This document shows positions 18,831 through 28,100 of a DNA stretch of 41,890 bases, one piece after another (position 1 is the stretch's first letter; each line of letters starts with the position of its first letter). A program made the translations under genes and the position numbers. The notes beneath the pieces were generated by a model that saw only the letters and a program-made list of their open reading frames with translations, had not been told where the DNA came from and did not search any database. Location of the stretch: positions 1 through 41,890 of IMG/VR virus record IMGVR_UViG_3300050144_000076. One strand, given 5' to 3'. The stretch is from a virus. Lineage: Duplodnaviria; Caudoviricetes.

Positions 18831-19072
18831 GTTGGGACGCCACGTATGCCCGGCTCGCCTGCGCGACCGGGTGGACGTGGGAGTACATCGACGAGTTCGT
18901 GACGATCCCCCGCCTGAACGGCTTCGCCGATTACTGGCGGGAGGCCCCACCGGTCAATGAGGTGGTCGTCGCGATCTTCTCGACCGACTCCGGCAGCACC
19001 AAAAAAACCGACGAGATCGACTTCGGCACCGCTGAAGACCTGATGGCCCTGATTCCAACGACGCCCCGCTGA
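18776..19072 (+). CDS. Tail assembly chaperone gpGT extension via -1 frameshift
   Basis: -1 frame is open from CCCAAAA to TGA at 19070-19072: ...LSWDATYARLACATGWTWEYIDEFVTIPRLNGFADYWREAPP...; ends just before the tape measure start. Confidence 0.75.
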   Translation, partial: PKNDGGTEGGNGAGGRPLSWDATYARLACATGWTWEYIDEFVTIPRLNGFADYWREAPPVNEVVVAIFSTDSGSTKKTDEIDFGTAEDLMALIPTTPR

Positions 19073-19074
19073 CC

Positions 19075-22000
19075 GTGACGAACAACGACCTGGACATGCG
19101 CTTCGGCGCCGACACCGCCCCGATTGAAGCCGGGGCGCGTCGTGCCGAGGGCGCCATTCGAGACTTCGGCAGCCGCTCGCGTGACGAGCTGGGGCGCTTC
19201 ACGAAGCAGTCGCAGGACATGCAGACGCAGGTGGTGCGCAGCCTGGACGCGATCAGCAGCAAGCTGAAGACGGTCTTCGCCGGGTTCAGTGCCGCGATGG
19301 TGGTGAAGGAGGTCGTCAGCGTGATGTCCTCCTTCGAGAACCTGGAGATCCGGCTTCGGTCGGTGATGGGCTCGGTCGAGAAGGGGGACGAGGCGTTCGC
19401 CTGGATCAAGAAGTTCGCCAAGGACACGCCGTTCGAGGTCGAGGGCGTCACCCAGGCGTTCATGCTGCTGAAGAACATGGGCCTGGATCCCATGGACGGC
19501 ACCATGCAGGCCATCGCCGATCAGGCGGCGAAGTCCGGGCAGGGCATTCAGGGCCTTGAGCGGGTGTCGCTGGCGCTGGGACAGGCGTTCACCAAGGGCA
19601 AGCTGCAAGGCGAGGAGATGAACCAGCTCCTCGAAGCCGGCGTGCCCGCGTGGGATCTGCTGGCGAAGGCCACCGGCAAGAACACGGCGGAGCTGCACAA
19701 GCTGTCCGAGAAGGGCGCGCTCGGCAAGGATGTGATCAAGGCGCTGATCGAAGAGATCGGTCGAGCTTCGGCGAACAGCTCGGGCGCCATGATGCAGTCG
19801 CTGTCGGGCCAGTGGTCCAACGCGATGGACAACATCAAGAACAGCCTGGACGACATGCGCAAGGCAGGTGGTCTGGACGGGCTGAAGGACGCGCTCGGGC
19901 AGATCAACGACCGCTTCGCTGCGCTGAACGATTCGGGCGACCTGCAGACGTTCGTCGCCGACGTTGGGCAGGGCTTCAGCGCGCTGGCGTCGTCGGCGAT
20001 GTCGATCATCACGACGCTGCTGGACGCGGTGGGCGAGCTGGTGGGCACGATCATGTCCGGGTTCGGGCAGATCCTGGACGCGACAACGAACACCTTCGGC
20101 GGTGAGCCGCTGAGCGGCATCGAGCTGTTCGCCAACATGCTGAAGGTGATCGAGATCGCCGTCGTCGCACTGGTGACTGCCTTCAATATCGTCAAGGAGG
20201 GCGTGGTGTCCGCCATCGAGCAGATGGTGTTCCACGTCCTGCGCTTCAGCGAGGCGGCCGAGCGGGCGCTGGCGCTGGACTTCGACGGCGCGAAGGCGGC
20301 ATGGAGCCGTGGCGGTGCCGAGATCGAGCGCATCGCGGGCGAGCGGTTCGGCAACATGGTGAAGATCGCCGACGACGCCCAGACCAAGATGGAGAACATC
20401 GCGCTGCGGCCGATGGCAGGCGGCAAGAAGGCGCCGACGACAGCGCCAGCAGCATCCGCCGCCGACGGGCCGCGCCGCAAGGTCGAGTACAACAAGGAGG
20501 CGGACAAGAAGGAGCACCACGGCGGTGCCGCCCGCGCTGCCATGCAGGCCGCCGAGATCGAGCTGGCGACGCTGCGCATGTCGCACGCCAAGAAGCAAGC
20601 CGAGGCGGGCACCTTCTTCGAGTTCTCGAAGGCTCAGGAAATCGACTTCTGGCGCTCGAAGCTGGCGAGCATGAAGGCAGGGTCGGCAGAGGCGAAGGCC
20701 GTGGATGCCAAGCTGCACCACGCCCTGCTGTCCGAGGCGGAGAAGTCCAACGCCAACGCCCTGCAGGCGCTCCACGAAGGCGAGGCCAATCGGGTGGCCG
20801 CCGCGCACGCCCAGGTCGAGACTGAGCGCGCCGCGGCCCGCGCCCGCCTGGATCTGCGCCAGATCAGCGCGGACCAGATGGTGCAGGTTGAGCGCGAGCT
20901 GGCAGACCGCGAGCTGGCGATCACTCGCGGCGCGCTGGATGAGGCCATCAAGCTCGAAGAGTCGCGGCCCGACAAGAACCCGGCCCGCGTGGTGCAGTTG
21001 AAGGGCCAGATCCAGCGCGCAGAGCAGACGCACGCTTCGGCCGTCGGCAACATCGACCAGCAGGTGGGCCTGTCGGCGCAGCGTGCGGGCGACGTGCGCC
21101 GCAACGCGATGGTGGAGAGCGCACTGGCCGCCGCCCAGGAAGAAGGTGCGGCCGGCACGCGCAGGCTCACGGCGAACGGCGCCACGCAGGCCGAACTGAT
21201 CGGGCTGGAGATCCTCACGCAGGAGACCATCGCCAGCATTCGGCGCACCGGGCTGGAGAACCAGTTGATGGCGGAGCAGGCTGGGCCGAACGACCCGACC
21301 CGCGTGGCTGAGCTGCAGGCGCAGATTGAGGCACTGACAACCGGGCACGTCGCCCGCATGAACGCGCTGACCTTCCAGCAGGCGCAGGCGCTCAAGGACT
21401 CGGGCGGCTCGTTCCAGACCGTGCTGGACGGCATGCCGAACGCGGCCGGGCAGGCGATTGACGGGGTGCTCGGCAAGTTCGGCACGCTGCGCGACGGCCT
21501 GACCAACCTGTTCAAGGGCATCTACGCCACGTTCGTCAGCGAGATGGTGACGAAGCCACTGACGATGGCTGCGATGCGCGTGATCCGGGAATCGGCGCTC
21601 TACAAGATGATGGCCGGCGTGCAGGTGGCGACGCAGGCCGGCGCTTCTGCCGCCACAGTTTCCACCAAGGCCGGCGAGGCTGGCGCTGTGGTCGGAGCGA
21701 ATGCGGCTGAAGCGGCATCCGGCGCAGCGGCATCCCAGGCGTCTATCCCATTCGCAGGCCCGGTGATGGCTGCTGCAGCTTTCGCCGGGATCATGGCCCT
21801 TGTGATGGGTGCAAAAGGCAGCATCCGCAGCGCGGCCGGCGGCTTCGACATCCCGGCCGGCATGAACCCCATCACGCAGTTGCACCAGAAGGAAATGGTC
21901 CTGCCGGCCAAGCACGCCGACACGATCCGCCGCCTCGGTGAATCCGGTGGCGGGAACAGCCAAGCGCAACAGTCGGACGGCGGGAACATCACCGTGCCCG

Positions 22001-22113
22001 TCACCTACAACGACCACTCGGGCCAGTTGAGCGACGACGACATCCGGCGCAAGTCGAACCTGATCGGCGACATCGTGATGCAGCAGATCAGGAACAACCG
22101 GGTGCGGGCATGA
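19075..22113 (+). CDS. Tape measure protein
   Basis: 1012 aa, Ala-rich and helical; FAKDTPFEV and GKLQGEEMNQL tape-measure motifs. Confidence 0.92.
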   Translation: MTNNDLDMRFGADTAPIEAGARRAEGAIRDFGSRSRDELGRFTKQSQDMQTQVVRSLDAISSKLKTVFAGFSAAMVVKEVVSVMSSFENLEIRLRSVMGSVEKGDEAFAWIKKFAKDTPFEVEGVTQAFMLLKNMGLDPMDGTMQAIADQAAKSGQGIQGLERVSLALGQAFTKGKLQGEEMNQLLEAGVPAWDLLAKATGKNTAELHKLSEKGALGKDVIKALIEEIGRASANSSGAMMQSLSGQWSNAMDNIKNSLDDMRKAGGLDGLKDALGQINDRFAALNDSGDLQTFVADVGQGFSALASSAMSIITTLLDAVGELVGTIMSGFGQILDATTNTFGGEPLSGIELFANMLKVIEIAVVALVTAFNIVKEGVVSAIEQMVFHVLRFSEAAERALALDFDGAKAAWSRGGAEIERIAGERFGNMVKIADDAQTKMENIALRPMAGGKKAPTTAPAASAADGPRRKVEYNKEADKKEHHGGAARAAMQAAEIELATLRMSHAKKQAEAGTFFEFSKAQEIDFWRSKLASMKAGSAEAKAVDAKLHHALLSEAEKSNANALQALHEGEANRVAAAHAQVETERAAARARLDLRQISADQMVQVERELADRELAITRGALDEAIKLEESRPDKNPARVVQLKGQIQRAEQTHASAVGNIDQQVGLSAQRAGDVRRNAMVESALAAAQEEGAAGTRRLTANGATQAELIGLEILTQETIASIRRTGLENQLMAEQAGPNDPTRVAELQAQIEALTTGHVARMNALTFQQAQALKDSGGSFQTVLDGMPNAAGQAIDGVLGKFGTLRDGLTNLFKGIYATFVSEMVTKPLTMAAMRVIRESALYKMMAGVQVATQAGASAATVSTKAGEAGAVVGANAAEAASGAAASQASIPFAGPVMAAAAFAGIMALVMGAKGSIRSAAGGFDIPAGMNPITQLHQKEMVLPAKHADTIRRLGESGGGNSQAQQSDGGNITVPVTYNDHSGQLSDDDIRRKSNLIGDIVMQQIRNNRVRA

Positions 22114-22709
22114 GCAACGAGGTTTTCCCGACGCTCGCCGGCCTGGACTGGGGGACCGAGAAGGTGCCGCAGTTCGACACCCACATTCCGAAGTCGGTCA
22201 GCGGTTTCGAGGTGCGCGTGTCGCGCCGCGCATACCCGACCTACGCCATCCGCATGAAGTTCAACTTCCTGCGCAACATGGCCGCCATGCAAGAGCTGCA
22301 GGCCCTGGTGGGACTGTTCTTGCGGCACCGCGGCGCGGGCGACTCCTTCCTGCTGCTGGACCCGGACGACTACCGCGCCACCGCCCAGGTGTTCGGCGCG
22401 GGCAACGGCACGGCGCGCACGTTCGACCTAGCTGCGGCGTGGGGAGGCTTCGTGCAGCCGGCCCGCAACATCAAGACCATCACCAGCGTGACGGTGAACG
22501 GCGCGGGCGCGGCCTACGTGCTGGGCAGTGACGGCCGGATCACCTTCACCACCGCACCGGCAGCCGGCGCCGTGCTGGCCTGGACTGGCGAGTATTACTT
22601 CCGGTGCCGCTTCGCAGAGGACACCCTGACCCCCCGCGAAATGATGCGCGGCATCTGGGATCTGGGGAAGTGCGACCTCGTGGGCGCCCTCGGTGCACAG
22701 ATCGGATGA
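22110..22709 (+). CDS. Distal tail protein (DUF2460-like)
   Basis: SGFEVR, F.RH.G..DSF...DP.D, G.GNG....F.L, CRF..D motifs; position after the tape measure. Confidence 0.82.
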   Translation: MSNEVFPTLAGLDWGTEKVPQFDTHIPKSVSGFEVRVSRRAYPTYAIRMKFNFLRNMAAMQELQALVGLFLRHRGAGDSFLLLDPDDYRATAQVFGAGNGTARTFDLAAAWGGFVQPARNIKTITSVTVNGAGAAYVLGSDGRITFTTAPAAGAVLAWTGEYYFRCRFAEDTLTPREMMRGIWDLGKCDLVGALGAQIG

Positions 22710-22713
22710 CTCC

Positions 22714-23571
22714 ATGAAAGACGCACCACAGGCCCTGATCGACCACCTCGCTACCGCACGCATGCTGCGCCCAGTGGACCTGATCGCCATCAAGCTGACC
22801 ACGGGCGTGACGCATCGGTTCGCCTGCACCGACATCGCCACCGTGAGCGCGGACGGCTTCGAGTGGTCCGGCGGGGCGCCGACGTTCCGCCGCAGCGGCA
22901 CGCGCCGCGTGATCGGGATCGAGGTGCCGACGATGGAGCTGACCATCAACTTCAGGCCGGGCTCGACGCTCGGAGCCGTGCCCTGGTCGAACGTGCTGCG
23001 GCTGGGCGCCCTGGACGGCGCGCTGGTGTCGGTGCGTCGCGGCTACTGGTCCGACTGGAGCCAGCCCGCCATTGGCACGCTGCACGTCTTCGACGGCAAG
23101 GTGGGCGACGTGTCCGGCGGCGCGCCGACGTTGAACCTGTCGCTGCGCGGAGAGACCGACCTGTTCAACGTCGCAGTGCCTCGCACCACCTACCAAGCCG
23201 GCTGCAGAAACACCCTCTACGACACGGGCACCTGCAAGGTGGTCCGCCAAGACATCAACTGCACCGCGCTGGCCGGCTCGACGCGCAGCCGCATCGCCGC
23301 CAGTGGCCTGACGCAGGCGGACGGCTGGTTCACGGCCGGGCTGATCCGCGGCGTGACGGGCGCGAACGCTGGCGCTGTGCGCGGCGTGAAGCAGCACGCG
23401 GGCGGCGCGCTGGTGGTGTCCGAGCCGTGGCCGGAAACGCCGGCTGTCGGCGACGCCTTCCTGGTGGCCGCCGGATGCGACCACACGCGCAGCACCTGTG
23501 CCGCCAAGTTCAACAACCTCGCCAACTTCAGAGGCGAGCCATACACCCCAACGCCGGAGACGGCGCTGTGA
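22714..23571 (+). CDS. Baseplate hub protein (DUF2163/BR0599-like)
   Basis: C...LYD...C and AGCD....TC..KFNN..NFRGEPY motifs. Confidence 0.88.
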   Translation: MKDAPQALIDHLATARMLRPVDLIAIKLTTGVTHRFACTDIATVSADGFEWSGGAPTFRRSGTRRVIGIEVPTMELTINFRPGSTLGAVPWSNVLRLGALDGALVSVRRGYWSDWSQPAIGTLHVFDGKVGDVSGGAPTLNLSLRGETDLFNVAVPRTTYQAGCRNTLYDTGTCKVVRQDINCTALAGSTRSRIAASGLTQADGWFTAGLIRGVTGANAGAVRGVKQHAGGALVVSEPWPETPAVGDAFLVAAGCDHTRSTCAAKFNNLANFRGEPYTPTPETAL

Positions 23572-23630
23572 ACGCCCAGCGCAAGCCGGGCACCTTCCGG
23601 GCACATGCCCACACCTGAGAGAGCACCAAC

Positions 23631-24704
23631 ATGACGACTCCCGTCCTCGTTTCCGAACAACTCGGTCAAGGTCTGAACCTCGCTGCCGCGATGAACGACC
23701 GCACCCGTCGCGCCATGCTGAACCGCGTGGTCGCCGACTACAAGATGGGCGACCAGACCATCATGGCCGCCGTCAACAAGCTGGACACCGACCTGCGCGT
23801 CGAGATCAAGAAGGCACTCGACGCCGCCGGCACGCTCGATTCGGGCATCCAGAAAGCGCAACTGGAGGCCATCATCGACCGCCTGATGCAGCAGCCCGCT
23901 TTCGTGGCCGGCATGGGCAGCAAGACGGCGATGGTCGGTGGCGAGCTGAAGACGCTCGCCAGCATCTTCGACGCGCAGTTCTTCCGCCAGCCGCGCCCAG
24001 CCCGCGAAGAATACGTCTACGCCTCGGATGACGACGCGATCCCGTCCGGCTCGGTGATCACGCTGGTGAACGGCGAAGTTTCGACCTTCACCAGCGCAGT
24101 GACGACCAGCGACACCAACGGCGACGGCAAGGACGACCTGTGCGTGGTCAAGTTCAGCTCGACCAACTACGGCGGCCTGGCCGCTGAGTGGGAACTGGCC
24201 CTGCACATGATCCCGGAGACCTTCCTGGGTCAGGCATCGGTCACCTACCGCAGCAAGCACACCACCCGCGTGGTGTTCGACCTGACGCCGTTCCTGATCA
24301 ACGGTTCCGACACCCCGGTCACCGGCCTGGATGTGGACGGCAACGGCACCACCGACGGCTCGCTGGTGAGCGCCGCCAACGTCGCGCAACTGGCCGCCCT
24401 GGAAGGTGAACTGGCAACGGCCATCGAAGCCGAGACCGCTGCCAACGCCGCCGCCAGCGCCGCAGCCCTGACGGTCAATCAGGCCCAGGGCACGCTGGTT
24501 GCGAAGGAAGCAGCCCTGGCCGCGATCCCTGAAGGCGAGGACACGACCGCTGCCGCTGCCGACGTGGCCGCCGCCCAGGCCGATGTCACCACCGCCAACG
24601 CTGCGTATCAAGCGGCTGGCGCGCTGGCGTCTGCCAAGTCGGAAGCTGTGGCCGCTGCCCGCGCCGCCGTCAACGCCTTCAAGGCCGCCAACGGCATCGC
24701 GTGA
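23631..24704 (+). CDS. Unknown 357-aa protein inserted in the tail-tip operon
   Basis: Strong codon bias, GAG RBS; DTNGDGKDD and DVDGNGTTD motifs; Ala-rich coiled-coil C-terminus. Confidence 0.75.
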   Translation: MTTPVLVSEQLGQGLNLAAAMNDRTRRAMLNRVVADYKMGDQTIMAAVNKLDTDLRVEIKKALDAAGTLDSGIQKAQLEAIIDRLMQQPAFVAGMGSKTAMVGGELKTLASIFDAQFFRQPRPAREEYVYASDDDAIPSGSVITLVNGEVSTFTSAVTTSDTNGDGKDDLCVVKFSSTNYGGLAAEWELALHMIPETFLGQASVTYRSKHTTRVVFDLTPFLINGSDTPVTGLDVDGNGTTDGSLVSAANVAQLAALEGELATAIEAETAANAAASAAALTVNQAQGTLVAKEAALAAIPEGEDTTAAAADVAAAQADVTTANAAYQAAGALASAKSEAVAAARAAVNAFKAANGIA

Positions 24705-25147
24705 TGAACAGCCTCGACATCCGCGCCCGGATCTGCACGGAGGCCCGCCGCTGGCTGGGCACGCCGTGGCGACACCGTGCGCGGGTGCTCGGGGCTGGCG
24801 TGGACTGCGCGCAACTGCTGCTCGCTGTCTACGAAGGGGTCGGCCTGCTCAAGCCCGGACAGATCGACCCCGGCCACTATCACCAAGACTGGAACCTGCA
24901 CCGCAGCGAGGAACTGTTTGCGGGCTGGGTCCAGTCCGTTGCCAGAACAGTCGAACAGCCGGAACCGGGTGACATCGCGCTGTTCCGGTATGGGCGCTGC
25001 ATCTCGCACGGTGGCGTGGTGCTGGAGGACCGCAGCGAGATCCTGCACGCCTTCCAGCCCGACGGCATCGTCACCATCACCAGCCTGAGCGCATCCGCGC
25101 ACGTCGCCGACAGGCTGGCCGGCTACTACACCCTGATCGAGCCATGA
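24701..25147 (+). CDS. NlpC/P60 tail-associated peptidase
   Basis: ARRWLGTPW.H, GVDC catalytic Cys, PGDI, SHGG. Confidence 0.9.
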   Translation: MMNSLDIRARICTEARRWLGTPWRHRARVLGAGVDCAQLLLAVYEGVGLLKPGQIDPGHYHQDWNLHRSEELFAGWVQSVARTVEQPEPGDIALFRYGRCISHGGVVLEDRSEILHAFQPDGIVTITSLSASAHVADRLAGYYTLIEP

Positions 25148-28100
25148 GCGGAAAAAGCGGGAACAGCAAGGCGGACACGGGCGTTCAGCGCCTGTCCGGC
25201 ATCAAGGTTCAGACGACCGCGTTGGGCCGCTGCGTGCCATGGGTCTTCGGGACCAACCGGGTCGCGCCGAACCTGATCCAGCACGACGACTTCACCGCCA
25301 TCGAGAACCGTCAGAAGCAGGGCGGCAAGGGCGGCGGCGGCGTGACCACCACCAGCTACACCTACAAGGCCGCGGTGATCCAAGCCGTGTGCCGCGGCCC
25401 GATCAGCGGCATCGGCACCATCTGGTCCGACAAGGAGAAGCACAGCCTTTCGTCGCTCGGGCTCGACCTGTTCACCGGCACCAGCACGCAGGCGCCACAC
25501 CCGCACTGGGCAACCAATCACCCGGAGAAGGCGCTGGCCTACCGGGACATGGCCTATGTCGCCAAGGCGTCGATGGACCTCGGATCCGGTGGCAGCCTTG
25601 CGCGCCTCGCCTTCGAGGTCAAGGCCACGACCCGGCAGAGCGACGCCAACCCGGACGCCCGTGTGGATGCCGTCATCACGGCCTTGGTCACGGACACGAT
25701 TGACGGTGTCGGCTTGCCGGCCTCGAAGCTGGGCGACCTGACCCAGCTCGCGAACTTCTGCGGCGCGGCCGGCATCTTCATCTCGCCCGCCTACGATGAG
25801 CAACAGCCCGCGAAGCAGGCGCTGGAGCGTCTCGCAGAGATCGCGCAGTGCGGCATGTACTGGTCCGACGGCCGGCTGAAGTTCCAGCCCTACGCCGACC
25901 AGCCGATCACCGGCAACGGCTTCACCTTTGCGCCCAGCACGAACCCGGTGCCCGTGCTGGGCGCCGACGACTTCCTGGCACGCGGCGGCGAGCCGCCCAT
26001 CAAGATCGTCCGCCGCGGCGCAGCCGAAGCCAAGAACCACTTCCAGATCCGCTATCGCGACCGAGCGGCCGAGTACAACCCGGCGGTGGTCGAGTCCAAG
26101 GACATGGGCGGCATCGAGCGGTTCGGCCTGCTGTCGTCCGACCCCGAGGACTTCGACGAGATCTGTGTGGCAGGCGTTGCCCAGAAGCTCGCCGACTTCC
26201 GGCGTGACCGCGCTGCAGCCGTGCGCACGACGTACCAGTTCCGGCTGTCGATGCGCTGGGATCGCCTGGAGCCCACCGACATCGTGGCCCTGGACTACGA
26301 GCCGGACGGCCTGGTGCAGCGCACTGTGCGGGTCACCAGCATCGAAGAGGACGACGACGGCACGCTGACGGTGGAGGCTGAGGACTGCCCGCTCGGTGCT
26401 CAACAGGTCATCAACAGCAACCCGCAGACGCCGACTGGTGGCGGGGTGGACTACAGCGCATCTCCCGGCCCGGTTGCTGCGCCGGTCATCTTCGAGGCGC
26501 CGCTGTCGCTGACCGGCGGCACTCCCGAGGTGTGGATTGCCACCAGCGGCGGGCCGCTGTGGGGTGGCGCCGAGATGCACATCAGTTCGGACGGCAACAC
26601 CTATGAGCGTGTGTCCGAGGTCAAGGCCAAGGCCCGGCACGGCGCGCTGACCGCTCCGCTTCCGGCCGGTGGCCTGATCGACACCGCCAACACCGCCGCG
26701 GTGGTGATCGCGGCCGGCGACCTGTCGTCCGGCACTACCCAGGACGCCACCGACCTGACGACCCTGTGCTGGGTGGATGGCGAGCTGCTGGCCTACCGCG
26801 ACGCGACGCTGACCGGCGCAGGCACCTACAACCTGCAGCACCTGGTGCGCGGCGCGCATGGCACCGACATTGCCGCCCACGCCACGGGCGGGAAGTTCCT
26901 GCGCATCGACGATGCCGTCGTGCGCTACCCCTATGACCGCCAGTGGGTCGGCCGCACGATCTGGCTGAAGTTCACCAGCCGCAACATCTTCGGGTCCGGC
27001 CAGCAGTCGCTCGCCGATGTGCCCGCCTACACCTACACCATCACCGGGGCGCCCCTGGCCGGCGTGCAGAACCTCGCGCTGCTGAAGCCGTGGACCGGCA
27101 CCGAGGCACAGGTGAAGTGGGATCTGGTGGACGGCGCCGCGTCCTACGATGTCGAGGTGCAGGTGACTGTCCGCGGCGCAATGGTGACGGCGCGCAGCGT
27201 CAGCGCCATCACGTCAGGACAGTGGACCTACGCGGCCGATGATGCCCGCGCTGACGGCGGGCCGTGGCGCTCGATCCTCATTCGGGTCCGCCCCCGCGCC
27301 GTCACCGGCAAGACTGGCCCGTGGCGCTCGATCACCGCGAGCAATCCGCAGATTGGTGCCCTGTCCGGGCTGTCGATCACGGGCGGCATTCGGCAGGCGC
27401 TGTTCCAGTGCGCTCGGCCGGTGGAAACCGACTTCGCGGGCCTGCTGGTCTGGGTCGGCACGTCGGCGGGCTTCGTCGCTGGCACGACCACGCTGGCCTA
27501 CGATGGCCCTGACACGTTCGTGACTCTGGCGAAGCTGACCGATGGCACCGCGCTGGTGGCCGGGACCACGTACTACCTGCGCGCCGCAGGCTATGACGAG
27601 TTCGGCAAGGACGGCCTGACGCTGTCCAGCGAGCTGACGTTCACCGTGGCCGGGCTGGTGCCGGATGTGGGCTCGATCATCGACACCATGCTTGCCGACG
27701 GCGCGATCACGCGGACCAAGTTCGCGCAGGGCCTGGAGCCCGTGAGCGTAGTCACGTCGGCGACGCTGCCCACGGTCAAGACGACCGAGACGATTACCTG
27801 GGGCGGCAAGCTCTACACCTGGGACGGCACGGCCTACACCAACAAGGTGCCGGCGGTGAACATCACCGGCCAGCTCACCGACGCACAGCTCGCCCAGGTG
27901 AGCGCCGCCAAGATCGCGGGACAGCTCACCGATGCACAGCTCGCGCAGATCAGCGCAGCGAAGATCGCCGGCCTGATCACCGACGCCCAGCTTGCGCAGA
28001 TCAGCGCGGCGAAGGTGGCCGGGCAGCTCACGGACGCGCAGCTCTCGCAGATCAGCGCCGCCAAGATCGCAGGGCAGATCACGGACGCGCAGATCGCCCA

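Noticed and set aside
18931-22017. 1028-aa minus-strand ORF and similar long antisense ORFs across the structural region
   Set aside because: Shadows of tape measure and other structural genes caused by GC3 bias; no motifs or RBS
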